A stretch of DNA of 34,546 bases from Bacteroidales bacterium (GTDB lineage Bacteria; Bacteroidota; Bacteroidia; Bacteroidales; VadinHA17): positions 1-34,546 of the forward strand of contig JADGPV010000202.1 in NCBI GenBank assembly GCA_017882245.1, given 5' to 3'. The position numbers were made by a program, and so were the translations under genes. Below the pieces are notes generated by a model, which made no database searches, was not told where the DNA came from, and worked only from the letters and a program-made list of their open reading frames with translations. Below are positions 1 to 8,000 of the stretch, piece after piece; the stretch's first letter is position 1; every line of letters starts with the position of its first letter.

Positions 1-2
1 CT

Positions 3-1898
3 GCGCTTACAGGTGAGTCTATGCTCATCAGCAAGAAAGAAGGTGATATGTTGTTCTCCGGATCTGTAGTAAAAAATGGGGAATGCAATGCAGTAGTGAC
101 AGCAACAGGCATTAATACTTTTTTTGGTAAAACAGTCCAGTTGGTTCAAATGGCTAAACCACGACTGCACATGGAAGAAGTTGTAGCTAATGTAGTGAAA
201 ATATTATTTTCACTTGTGCTTGTATTTGTTGGTATCACTTTTGCAATTTCTTTATTGAGGGGTGAAACCTTTTTATCCATGCTTCCTCTAGTGCTGATTT
301 TATTGGTAACTGCTGTTCCTGTGGCTATGCCAGCCATGTTTACCGTAAGTATGGCAAAAGGTTCACAGCAGTTAGCTGCCAAAGGAATTCTGATTAGTCG
401 GTTAAGTGCTACTGAAGATGCTGCAACACTAACTTCCCTGTGCATTGACAAGACAGGAACTATAACTCAAAATAAATTATCGGTACATGAAATAGAACCT
501 GCAGAAAATTTTACTGTCGACGATATTTTACGGTATGGTGTGCTGGCATCCGTAGCTGCCAATAAGGACCCGATTGATATGGCCTTTCTGCAAAGGGCGG
601 CAGATAATAAGACAGATACTTCTGGTTATACTCAAACTTCCTTCACTCCGTTTTCATCTGATACCAGAAGAACTGAAGCAATAGTACAAAAAGATGGCAA
701 ACAGTTTAAAGTAATGAAGGGTGCATATAATACTATCAAAGGTTTATGCAACCTGCAACAATCAAAACTTGATATGACTGTCGATGCCTGGGCGGCAAAA
801 GGATTCAAAACAATGGCTGTTGCGGTACAGAAAGATAATGTAACTTATCTGGCGGGCGTTGTTGCACTGGTTGACCCTCCGCTGACCGATTCTGCAAAGA
901 TGATTTCAGAAATAAAAGAATTGGGAGTTAAAGTAAAAATGCTCACGGGCGATGCGCTTCCTATTGCTAAGGAGATAGCTATTCAGGTAGGTGTGGGTGA
1001 TGATATCGTTGCTGCAGGTATGTTACGGGAATATCCACCGGGCAGTGATAGCCATTCAATAATTATTGCCCACAACGGATTTGCAGAAGTGTTACCGGAA
1101 GATAAATTTACCATCGTTAAAACCTTGCAGCAGTATCATGAAATTACCGGCATGACCGGTGATGGTGTTAACGATGCCCCGGCATTAAAACAGGCTGAAG
1201 TGGGGATAGCAGTTAAATCAGCTACCGATGCTGCTAAACAGGCTGCAAGTGTAATTTTACTTCATGAAGGGCTGGAAAGCATCATTAGCCTGATAACTGT
1301 TGGTCGAACAATACACCATCGTATAACCAATTGGGTAATAAGTAAAATTTCAAAAACATTGTTTACAGTGGCCTATGTATGTGCTGCTTATATAATTACC
1401 GGACAGTTCGTGGTTAGCGCTTTTGATATGGTTCTGTTATTATTTATTATTGATTTCGTAACATTGACATTATCTACCGATATTGTAAGCTGGTCAAAAA
1501 AGCCTGATAGTTGGAAAATAAAACCACTTGTAAAAGATGGTTTTATTTTAGGATTATTTTTGATTGCAGAGGCTTTAGTATGGCTATTTATCGGGAAGAA
1601 ATATTTTGAGCTTACTGACATTAACCAGTTGCATTCATTTGGGTTCGCTACTCTGTTTTTTGCCGGCATTTTCAATATATTTGTTGTACGCACACCTACC
1701 CGGTTTTATAGACAACCTATAGGTAAAAACTTACTACTGGCTATAATAGCAGATATAATTCTGGTCTGCTTTATTTTATCGTTGGGTTTACCGGGCTTCT
1801 CCATTTTGCCAATTGTCGTAACGGGTAGCAGTTTATTGTATTTTGCCTTCTGCAGTTTAATCATTAACGACTGGTTAAAAGTAAGATTGAAGTATTGA
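3..1898 (+). CDS. P-type ATPase, plasma-membrane H+-ATPase-like (type IIIA-like); 5' end lies outside the window
   Basis: The frame is open from nt 3 (ALTGES, with the TGES actuator motif at nt 9-20), so the listed Met at 21 is internal. DKTGT phosphorylation motif (CIDKTGTITQNKLSV, nt 447-461). Hinge motif MTGDGVNDAPALKQAEVGIAV. M4 motif VPVAMP. The M6 region IIDFVTLTLSTD...KPDSWK resembles plant/fungal AHA/Pma1 pumps as I recall them. Confidence 0.9.
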   Translation, partial: ALTGESMLISKKEGDMLFSGSVVKNGECNAVVTATGINTFFGKTVQLVQMAKPRLHMEEVVANVVKILFSLVLVFVGITFAISLLRGETFLSMLPLVLILLVTAVPVAMPAMFTVSMAKGSQQLAAKGILISRLSATEDAATLTSLCIDKTGTITQNKLSVHEIEPAENFTVDDILRYGVLASVAANKDPIDMAFLQRAADNKTDTSGYTQTSFTPFSSDTRRTEAIVQKDGKQFKVMKGAYNTIKGLCNLQQSKLDMTVDAWAAKGFKTMAVAVQKDNVTYLAGVVALVDPPLTDSAKMISEIKELGVKVKMLTGDALPIAKEIAIQVGVGDDIVAAGMLREYPPGSDSHSIIIAHNGFAEVLPEDKFTIVKTLQQYHEITGMTGDGVNDAPALKQAEVGIAVKSATDAAKQAASVILLHEGLESIISLITVGRTIHHRITNWVISKISKTLFTVAYVCAAYIITGQFVVSAFDMVLLLFIIDFVTLTLSTDIVSWSKKPDSWKIKPLVKDGFILGLFLIAEALVWLFIGKKYFELTDINQLHSFGFATLFFAGIFNIFVVRTPTRFYRQPIGKNLLLAIIADIILVCFILSLGLPGFSILPIVVTGSSLLYFAFCSLIINDWLKVRLKY

Positions 1899-2034
1899 CA
1901 CATTCCTCAAATAATATTTTACTTAGCCAGAACTACTATATGATTTGTAAATGGTTGATTTGTTATCTTATTAATGACGTTTAATACAGCTTTTGATGGT
2001 TAATATGATCTGGCCAAGTATGCATGACGATTAT

Positions 2035-2042
2035 TATCTTTG
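2035..2042 (+). promoter_or_regulatory. candidate Bacteroidetes -7 promoter box (TATCTTTG, fits TAnnTTTG)
   Basis: Matches the Bacteroidetes sigma-A -7 consensus TAnnTTTG, 57 nt upstream of the ATG at 2099. No well-spaced -33 TTTG was seen. Confidence 0.3.
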
Positions 2043-2098
2043 CTTATCGTGAGGCCGGCTTGAATATTTTATTCTTCAGTAATATTAGTTTGACAAAA

Positions 2099-2581
2099 AT
2101 GCTGAAACTTTTTATGTTGCCAATAATCATGTTCTTACAGCAGGAGCACATGACAATGACTACTATTGAGAATGTGCCAGGTACTGATTCATTGAAGGTT
2201 CTGATAAATTATAATTTTTACGAATTTCTAAAGGATTACCAGCAAACCTTAAATGATGACATAGATATTGATATATTTCGCAGTCGCAAGCCATTTCCAT
2301 CTGACCTTGCAAATAATTATATCAATTCAAAGATTTCAATTGATGTAAACGGAAAACCTCTTCTCGGGAAATTGTTGAAAATGGAGAAATCAGGTGAAAA
2401 CATAAACCTATTTGTCCTTTTCAGACTTAAAAAGGAAATCAGAACTCTAAAAGTAAGCAATACAATACTGATGGGTTTGCATTCGAATATTGAAAATCTG
2501 ACAATTCTTAGAATTAATGATTTTGAGAAAGAGATTAAATTTACACAGCAACATCCTGAGGAGACATTCTCATTTAAATGA
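2099..2581 (+). CDS. secreted hypothetical protein, DUF6702-like; paralogue of 4259-4738
   Basis: The ORF track starts at 2024, but the Met at 2099 gives MLKLFMLPIIMFLQQEHMTMTTIE, which parallels MLKILILNILLAFHPIHVTLTSID of the 4259 gene. That start gives the same length class (160 vs 159 aa). Shared blocks: H-x-T-x-T-x-I, G-x-D-x-LKV, FL-x-DY, N-x-K-x-L-x-x-KL and a late EN...L.IN block. The family assignment is from memory of DUF6702 sequences. Confidence 0.55.
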   Translation: MLKLFMLPIIMFLQQEHMTMTTIENVPGTDSLKVLINYNFYEFLKDYQQTLNDDIDIDIFRSRKPFPSDLANNYINSKISIDVNGKPLLGKLLKMEKSGENINLFVLFRLKKEIRTLKVSNTILMGLHSNIENLTILRINDFEKEIKFTQQHPEETFSFK

Positions 2582-2674
2582 AAGATAATTTCTATATGAG
2601 AATAATTTATTTATTCTCCAGCATAAAAGCTTTGCTGCATTGAATTTCAGGTTGTCTGAGCATGGAAATGAAGA

Positions 2675-2716
2675 TCATAAGCACTATCATTCACATTATG
2701 TATTTCATAAGCACTA
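2675..2716. repeat. perfect 12-bp direct repeat TCATAAGCACTA x2 (2675-2686 and 2705-2716), 30 bp apart
   Basis: Read directly from the sequence. It lies in the 163-bp gap upstream of the 2745 gene and is flanked by AGATCAT heptamers at 2672-2678 and 2724-2730. Confidence 0.6.
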
Positions 2717-2744
2717 AATTATCAGATCATTAAACTCACTGTCA

Positions 2745-4229
2745 ATGAAAAAAATCGAAATATCTCTTGGTTTATTATTCCTGACGGCAGTGGTATGGTC
2801 ACAACCCCGACCCGTAAAATTAAGCGGCAATATTATAATTGATACGGACTGCGGTTTTGATGACTTCAGAGCTGTAAGCCTGTTGCTGTCCAGACCTGAA
2901 ATCAAAATCAAAGGGATACTAACAACGGATGGTTCATTGCCACCTTCCGAAGGACTTATAAAAGTGACTTCTTTGCTCAAAGAATTTAATAGGGATGATA
3001 TACCAGTTGCATGCGGAGAATCATCCAAGACAATAAATCCTGCATGGCGAACATTTAACAGAAGCTATACGTGGGGCAGGCAAAATATCGACTTTAAACC
3101 TGAAATGAGCACAACAGATTTAATTTTCAAAATCTTAAAATCTGAAAAAGAAAAAATTACATTGGTTTGTCTTGGTCCGTTAACAAATATTGAAAAAGGA
3201 TTAAAGGCTGATCCGCAAATCGCTTCAAAAATTGAACGGATTATATGGTACAATGAATCAGTCAAACCTGCACAGGGATTCAATTACGAATGTGATAAAG
3301 AGAGTGCAAATTCGCTTTTGAAATCCGGTTTAAGGATTGATGTAATTTCAAATCTCAATATTGAAGATGCAAAATTCGATACCACAATTTTAAATGTATG
3401 TAATCATTCTGGTAGTGAAATTGCCAGGATACTTTCCATTGTTTTTAATCAGAATACGGTAAAGAAATCTCTTTATGATGGACATTTCGTTTTAGCTGAC
3501 GAACTTGTAACTGTATACATCACTAATCCGGAATTATTCAATATCAATGCCGAAACAGACAGATTAAATATAAGATTCAACAAAGACTTTGAAATTAACG
3601 CAGTCAAGGAAGTAATTATTGATATGATAAAGGGTAACTATACATCAGAACGCAACATAGTATTCAACAGGTTTCCCATTAACCGTGAGGTTTTTAATTA
3701 TGATATCCGGCCAATAATTGACACCACACTTGCTCTTTATGGACCAGATGAATGGAAAGCCAATGTTATGACGGACGAATTTCATGGGCATCTTGGAGTA
3801 TTTTCAATAGTTGGCGCAAAGATGGGCATTAAAGCAAGAGAAATATTTGGAGCAGGACCGGACATGCTGGAAGTAGTTACCTTTGCAGGATCAAAACCGC
3901 CATACAGCTGCCTTACAGATGGCATACAGGTAAGTACCGGTGCGACACTTGGAATGGGAACAATACATCTTGCAAAAAGTAAGAAGATAAGTCCGACAGC
4001 TGTGTTTACATATAATAACTGCTCTATAAAAATAAGCCTCAAACAGGAATATCTTGACAGAGTTGATGCGGATATTAAAGAAGGTATTTCGAAATTTGGA
4101 TTAATGGACGATGGCTATTGGAAACTTATCAGGCACAATGCATTGAAATACTGGATGGAATGGGACAGAAATAAAATCTTTGATATTGAGGAATTACCTT
4201 CAAAGAAACAGGTTCGTATCAAAAATTGA
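2745..4229 (+). CDS. secreted two-domain protein: N-terminal inosine/uridine-preferring nucleoside hydrolase-like domain fused to a C-terminal FmdE-like domain
   Basis: N-terminal signal peptide (MKKIEISLGLLFLTAVVWSQ). IUNH aspartate cluster IIIDTDCGFDD (nt 2841-2864). The C-terminal third carries FmdE-family signatures: FHGHLGVFSIVGAKMG (from nt 3780) and C-LTDGIQVSTGATLGMG. Confidence 0.75.
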   Translation: MKKIEISLGLLFLTAVVWSQPRPVKLSGNIIIDTDCGFDDFRAVSLLLSRPEIKIKGILTTDGSLPPSEGLIKVTSLLKEFNRDDIPVACGESSKTINPAWRTFNRSYTWGRQNIDFKPEMSTTDLIFKILKSEKEKITLVCLGPLTNIEKGLKADPQIASKIERIIWYNESVKPAQGFNYECDKESANSLLKSGLRIDVISNLNIEDAKFDTTILNVCNHSGSEIARILSIVFNQNTVKKSLYDGHFVLADELVTVYITNPELFNINAETDRLNIRFNKDFEINAVKEVIIDMIKGNYTSERNIVFNRFPINREVFNYDIRPIIDTTLALYGPDEWKANVMTDEFHGHLGVFSIVGAKMGIKAREIFGAGPDMLEVVTFAGSKPPYSCLTDGIQVSTGATLGMGTIHLAKSKKISPTAVFTYNNCSIKISLKQEYLDRVDADIKEGISKFGLMDDGYWKLIRHNALKYWMEWDRNKIFDIEELPSKKQVRIKN

Positions 4230-4258
4230 AATAGTGAAAATTACACAATCAAAAATCA

Positions 4259-4738
4259 ATGCTGAAAATTCTGATCTTAAATATCCTTCTTGCGTTTCAT
4301 CCGATTCATGTGACCCTGACAAGTATCGATCAGTCCCGGGGAAATGATACGCTGAAGGTCTTTTTCAGAATGTATTATGATGATTTTCTGAGAGATTACA
4401 GATTGTTCAAACAGGAGTCAGGTTTCAAGGAAACGACAAATTCAGAAGAGATACCTGATCAAATGTTAAATGAATATTTTGATGACAGAGTAAGGATCTA
4501 TATTAACAAAAAAATACTAACTAGTAAGTTAATTTCGGTTTCAAATGACGGTTATGAAATCTGTTTGAGTCTGATTTATAAATCGAATAAAGATCCCGGC
4601 AAACTTAAAATTAGGAACAGTGTCTTAATTAAGATTTACAGCGATCAGGAGAACATGATCTACCTAAATATCAACAATTATCAGGATGCGGTAAAGCTAA
4701 CCCCAAAATCAAATGTTGAGACACGAAATCTTAGATAA
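4259..4738 (+). CDS. secreted hypothetical protein, DUF6702-like; paralogue of 2099-2581
   Basis: Hydrophobic N-terminus followed by HPIHVTLTSID. Collinear similarity to the 2099 gene. Starts 29 nt after the 2745-4229 gene, so probably co-transcribed with it. Confidence 0.6.
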   Translation: MLKILILNILLAFHPIHVTLTSIDQSRGNDTLKVFFRMYYDDFLRDYRLFKQESGFKETTNSEEIPDQMLNEYFDDRVRIYINKKILTSKLISVSNDGYEICLSLIYKSNKDPGKLKIRNSVLIKIYSDQENMIYLNINNYQDAVKLTPKSNVETRNLR

Positions 4739-4849
4739 ATAGCAAATAAGAAAAAACTCGCTCTTTCCGGAAATTCTCTTATGCCGCCCCTTTGTGTCCA
4801 GACGTAAAGCTCAAGTCATAATAAACTTGACTTTGGCTTTTTGCTGGCG

Positions 4850-4857
4850 TAACTTTG
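4850..4857 (+). promoter_or_regulatory. candidate -7 promoter box TAACTTTG
   Basis: TAnnTTTG match 24 nt upstream of the ATG at 4881. TTTG motifs lie upstream but not at the canonical spacing. Confidence 0.3.
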
Positions 4858-4880
4858 ATTAACCAACCCCCCTTTCAGCT

Positions 4881-5474
4881 ATGAAAAATATTCTAATACG
4901 TGCCATAATTTTGATTTTTATATCATTACAGGCTAATGGACAACAATTGCAAGATACCTTGTTTCTGAAGAATGGGTATAAAGCAGTTGGGAAATTGCTC
5001 GGGCAGTCAAAGACAGAATACAGGTTTAGGTCATCAGATGGAATATACTTCATCTTTTCTCCAGATGAGGTAGAAAAAATCGTTACCACCCCGGAAATGA
5101 TAATGAGGAAAGTCAATCCTGATACATTGAATACCGACCTTCTTAATCTGTATAGGCAAAAAGCTGTTAAAATGAGAAATACGGGGAGGGCTTTAACATT
5201 AAGTGGTGCCGGTGTTATAGCAACAGGCATTGTTATTGGAATAATTTTCTGGAACATTCCAGGCGAACCGGGTGGAGACATGGATGGTCTTTTAGCTGCT
5301 TTTTATGTCATGGGTATCGGCGGTCTGGTTGGTATTCCCTGTGCTGCAGCTGGCATTCCGTTATGGGCAGTCGGAGGCAGCAGAAAGACTAAAGCGGAGC
5401 TTAATTTGCAAAAGTTTAATATTGCGCCAGTGGGTTCAATGGCCGTTGGATTGGGAATAACAATAACGTTTTAA
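4881..5474 (+). CDS. hypothetical membrane protein (signal peptide, small soluble domain, Gly-rich transmembrane segments)
   Basis: MKNILIRAIILIFISLQANG signal-like N-terminus. DTLFLKNGYKAVGKLL beta-rich module. C-terminal hydrophobic Gly-rich helices (GAGVIATGIVIGIIFW, GIGGLVGIPCAAAGIPLWAV). No recognisable catalytic motif. Confidence 0.55.
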   Translation: MKNILIRAIILIFISLQANGQQLQDTLFLKNGYKAVGKLLGQSKTEYRFRSSDGIYFIFSPDEVEKIVTTPEMIMRKVNPDTLNTDLLNLYRQKAVKMRNTGRALTLSGAGVIATGIVIGIIFWNIPGEPGGDMDGLLAAFYVMGIGGLVGIPCAAAGIPLWAVGGSRKTKAELNLQKFNIAPVGSMAVGLGITITF

Positions 5475-5515
5475 TCTGATATTGAACAATTTATTACCAG
5501 CCTTCGGTATCAAAT

Positions 5516-5607
5516 ATGAAAAACCCGGGATTTGTTCCCGGGCTTTCTACGCTCAACGCTCTCCACTCATATCTCGATTGTAGCCCCACTAAGAGAATTA
5601 TCGAACC
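5516..5607. repeat. degenerate copy of the tRNA-Arg 3' end plus its downstream terminator (counterpart at about 7945-8022)
   Basis: The sequence gaaaaacccgggatttgttcccgggcttt...ctctccactcatat...tgtagccccactaagagaattatcgaacc aligns by eye with aaaaagcccgggctgttcccccgagct...ttctccgaatcatatgtagccccactaggaatcgaacc. TGTAGCCCCACTA is identical in both copies. Confidence 0.6.
5524..5542. terminator. hairpin CCCGGGA-tttgt-TCCCGGG (perfect 7-bp stem)
   Basis: Lies 50 nt after the stop of 4881-5474. It is followed by CTTTC on the + strand and by TTTTTC on the - strand. It belongs to the duplicated tRNA-terminator unit. Confidence 0.45.
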
Positions 5608-5711
5608 TTTTTTATGAGGATTTGCGGACCTGGTTATCATATCCTGATAATCAAAATCCTTTGGAAAAGAATATCAAATATTCAGTAACTAAAGGACATT
5701 ATCCTTAAAGT

Positions 5712-5738
5712 TAGATCATGAGATTATTGATAGATCAT
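5712..5738. repeat. direct repeat TAGATCAT x2 (5712-5719 and 5731-5738)
   Basis: Read directly from the sequence, about 85-105 nt upstream of the ATG at 5820. The AGATCAT core also brackets the repeat upstream of the 2745 gene. Confidence 0.5.
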
Positions 5739-5819
5739 TCAGGTCAATATTAAAATTGATATCTTGCATCTGGATAAGGATTGATATGCTTCAATAAAAA
5801 GATACAAAATAACATAGTA

Positions 5820-6956
5820 ATGATCCCTTTTAACAAACCTCTTCTCTCAGGGAGAGAGGTAGAATACATTATAGATGCTGTCAGATCCGGAAAAATATCA
5901 GGTAATGGGATATTCACTCAAAAATGTCAGGCTTTTTTTGAAAATAAATATGGCTTAAAGAAATGCCTTCTAACCACTTCTTGTACTGATGCACTTGAGA
6001 TGTGCGCAATGCTCGCCGACCTGAAGTCAGGGGATGAAGTAATAGTTCCATCTTTTGCTTATGTTTCTACAGCTCTTGCATTTGTCCGTCAGGGTGCAAA
6101 GATAGTATTTGCTGACAGCCGCAAGGACCATCCCGGAATTGATGAGGATAAAATAGAACTACTTATTAGCCCTGCTACAAAAGCAATAGTTCCGGTCCAT
6201 TACGCTGGTGTTTCATGCGATATGGATAAGATAATGGCTCTTTCTAAAAAGTATAACCTTATTGTTATTGAAGATGCGGCTCAATCTGTTGATTCGTATT
6301 ACAAAAGCAGACCGCTGGGAAGCATCGGACATCTGGCAACTTTTTCATTTCATGAAACAAAAAACATAATTTCGGGTGAAGGAGGGTTGCTGGTGATAAA
6401 TGATGACCAATATATTAATCGCTCGAAAATCATCTGGGAAAAAGGAACTAACCGTGCTGAATTTTTGAAAGGTGAGGTCGATAAATACGAATGGGTTGAT
6501 ATAGGTTCCTCTTTCCTCCCTTCGGAAATCACCTCCGCATATCTCTGGGCACAACTTGAGAGTATTGATCAGATTCAGGAAAAACGAAAGCATATCTGGA
6601 ATTTATATTACACAGAATTAATCGACTGGGCTGAAAAAAACACTATTAAGCTACCAGAAATACCCTCTTATGCAACAAATAACGGACATATGTTCTACAT
6701 CGTCTGCAACGATCATGATCAAAGATTATATCTAACGGAGAAACTTAAAAAAAGTGATATACTTGCCGTTTTTCATTACCAGAGTCTTCACAAAAGCAAA
6801 TATTATAAAGATAAGCATGATGGCAGACCGCTTCCTTTTTCAGACTATTATTCAGATTGTCTATTAAGGCTTCCCTTTTATTTTGAGCTGGAGGATTCTG
6901 ACGTAAAACGGATATGTTCAGTACTAAAAAGTGTATTCAATGACAATGGGAAGTAA
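5820..6956 (+). CDS. wecE: dTDP-4-amino-4,6-dideoxy-sugar transaminase (WecE/RffA-type, DegT family, PLP-dependent)
   Basis: From the Met at 5820 the protein reads MIPFNKPLLSGREVEYIIDAVRSGKISGNG. It is collinear with E. coli WecE as I recall it: PSFAYVSTA, GAKIVFAD, VPVHYAG, IEDAAQ, FSFHETKN (PLP lysine), EKGTNR, DKYEWVDIGSS, AYLWAQLE, HMFYI, FHYQSLH. The TTG at 5781 in the ORF track adds 13 non-homologous residues. Confidence 0.85.
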   Translation: MIPFNKPLLSGREVEYIIDAVRSGKISGNGIFTQKCQAFFENKYGLKKCLLTTSCTDALEMCAMLADLKSGDEVIVPSFAYVSTALAFVRQGAKIVFADSRKDHPGIDEDKIELLISPATKAIVPVHYAGVSCDMDKIMALSKKYNLIVIEDAAQSVDSYYKSRPLGSIGHLATFSFHETKNIISGEGGLLVINDDQYINRSKIIWEKGTNRAEFLKGEVDKYEWVDIGSSFLPSEITSAYLWAQLESIDQIQEKRKHIWNLYYTELIDWAEKNTIKLPEIPSYATNNGHMFYIVCNDHDQRLYLTEKLKKSDILAVFHYQSLHKSKYYKDKHDGRPLPFSDYYSDCLLRLPFYFELEDSDVKRICSVLKSVFNDNGK

Positions 6957-7053
6957 AAAAATATTACAAAAAACCTCCTTTATAATTGACATCCGGTAAG
7001 TACATAAGGTGTAAAGAGGTGAATAGAAATTAAAGAATTATTTAGAAACTAAA

Positions 7054-7896
7054 ATGTCCAAGGTAATTGCTTTTGGAACAAATAAACAAGCGTTTTATGA
7101 TTTATTCATAGAATCTTGCCGGCGTTATAATATTGAACCAGTAATTTTAGGCTGGGGTGAAAAATGGATTGGTTTTGGGAGAAAATCAATGATGATTCGT
7201 GAATATATAAAATGCCTGCCTGAAGACGAAATTGTAATTTCAGTCGATCCATTCGATGTTATTTTTTTATGTGGACTTAATGAAATAGAAAACAAGTTTA
7301 ATAAGATACCCACATCTTTCCTATGTGGCGCACTTAGGTTGAATAAATTTAATGGAGCGATTTATAATTATGAATTTAACAAAACCGATAAGCGACTCCC
7401 GGAAACACCAACTAATTATAACTTCCTTAATACAGGTACTTGGATATCTAGAGCCGGCTATGCCAGTTACCTCATTGACGAACTTGTTAATAAATATCAT
7501 ATGAGAGAAACTTCTATGGATCAGCAACTAATAACTGGCATCTACATTCATAATTCGTACAAGGTAGATATCGACTGGAATTGCGAAATTTTTCATAATC
7601 TCCTTTTTAAAGATTTTATCACACGCAAACCCGATCTTAAGGATTTGGAATTTAATACTAATAGAATTATAAATACTGCTTCAGGTTCGAAGCCTTGCGT
7701 TCTTCACGCTTCAGGTAACACAAACATGAAAGTACTTGCCTTGAAGCTTGGATATGATCAAAATATTGTTGTTCCGGTAAATAACACAGTAAACTTTACA
7801 AAAAAGACCATTTTCCATATTTGTCAGATCCTGAAACCTTCTAGGTCCTCTCATCTACTACGCAGCCATAGCTCCAGCAGGGCATCCTGTTTGTAG
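7054..7896 (+). CDS. putative GT-A fold glycosyltransferase (PLOD/LH3-like nucleotide-sugar transferase pattern)
   Basis: Motif order SVDPFDVIF (DxD-like), FLNTGTWISRAGY, MDQQLITGIY, IDWNCEIFHNL, PCVLHASGNT mirrors the lysyl-hydroxylase-type glycosyltransferase domain as I remember it. The last 20 or so residues (PSRSSHLLRSHSSSRASCL) are low complexity. Confidence 0.5.
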   Translation: MSKVIAFGTNKQAFYDLFIESCRRYNIEPVILGWGEKWIGFGRKSMMIREYIKCLPEDEIVISVDPFDVIFLCGLNEIENKFNKIPTSFLCGALRLNKFNGAIYNYEFNKTDKRLPETPTNYNFLNTGTWISRAGYASYLIDELVNKYHMRETSMDQQLITGIYIHNSYKVDIDWNCEIFHNLLFKDFITRKPDLKDLEFNTNRIINTASGSKPCVLHASGNTNMKVLALKLGYDQNIVVPVNNTVNFTKKTIFHICQILKPSRSSHLLRSHSSSRASCL

Positions 7897-7921
7897 CATC
7901 AGTGATTAATACAATGATTTT

Positions 7922-7946
7922 TAGCCCCGTAGGAGTGACCTGAAAT
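7922..7946. repeat. third, more decayed fragment resembling the tRNA-Arg 3' end
   Basis: tagccccgtaggagtgacctgaaat compared with tagccccactaggaatcgaacctaaat (8001-8027). It sits directly beside the terminator hairpin. Confidence 0.35.
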
Positions 7947-7974
7947 AAAAAAGCCCGGGCTGTTCCCCCGAGCT
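7944..7974 (-). terminator. rho-independent terminator of tRNA-Arg
   Basis: The minus strand reads agctcggggg-aacag-cccgggct followed by TTTTTT. That is about 7 bp of stem with one mismatch, roughly 27 nt past the tRNA 3' end. Confidence 0.6.
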
Positions 7975-8000
7975 CCATGCACCATTCTCCGAATCATATG

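Noticed and set aside
2024-2098. N-terminal extension of the first DUF6702-like ORF (track start 2024)
   Set aside because: The paralogue alignment begins at the Met at 2099 (MLK...). The extension is not signal-like and would contain the candidate -7 box at 2035-2042.
4811-4830. Hairpin TCAAGT-cataataa-ACTTGA after the second DUF6702-like gene
   Set aside because: A 6-bp AT-rich stem 73 nt past the stop is too weak to call a terminator with any confidence.
5608-5680. Possibility that the repeat at 5581 continues into a complete decayed tRNA pseudogene
   Set aside because: Beyond the CGAACC block, similarity to the tRNA body becomes too weak by eye to support more than a 3'-end fragment.
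5781-5819. TTG-initiated extension of the wecE-like ORF
   Set aside because: Homology to WecE starts exactly at MIPFN (5820), and the 13 extra residues have no counterpart.
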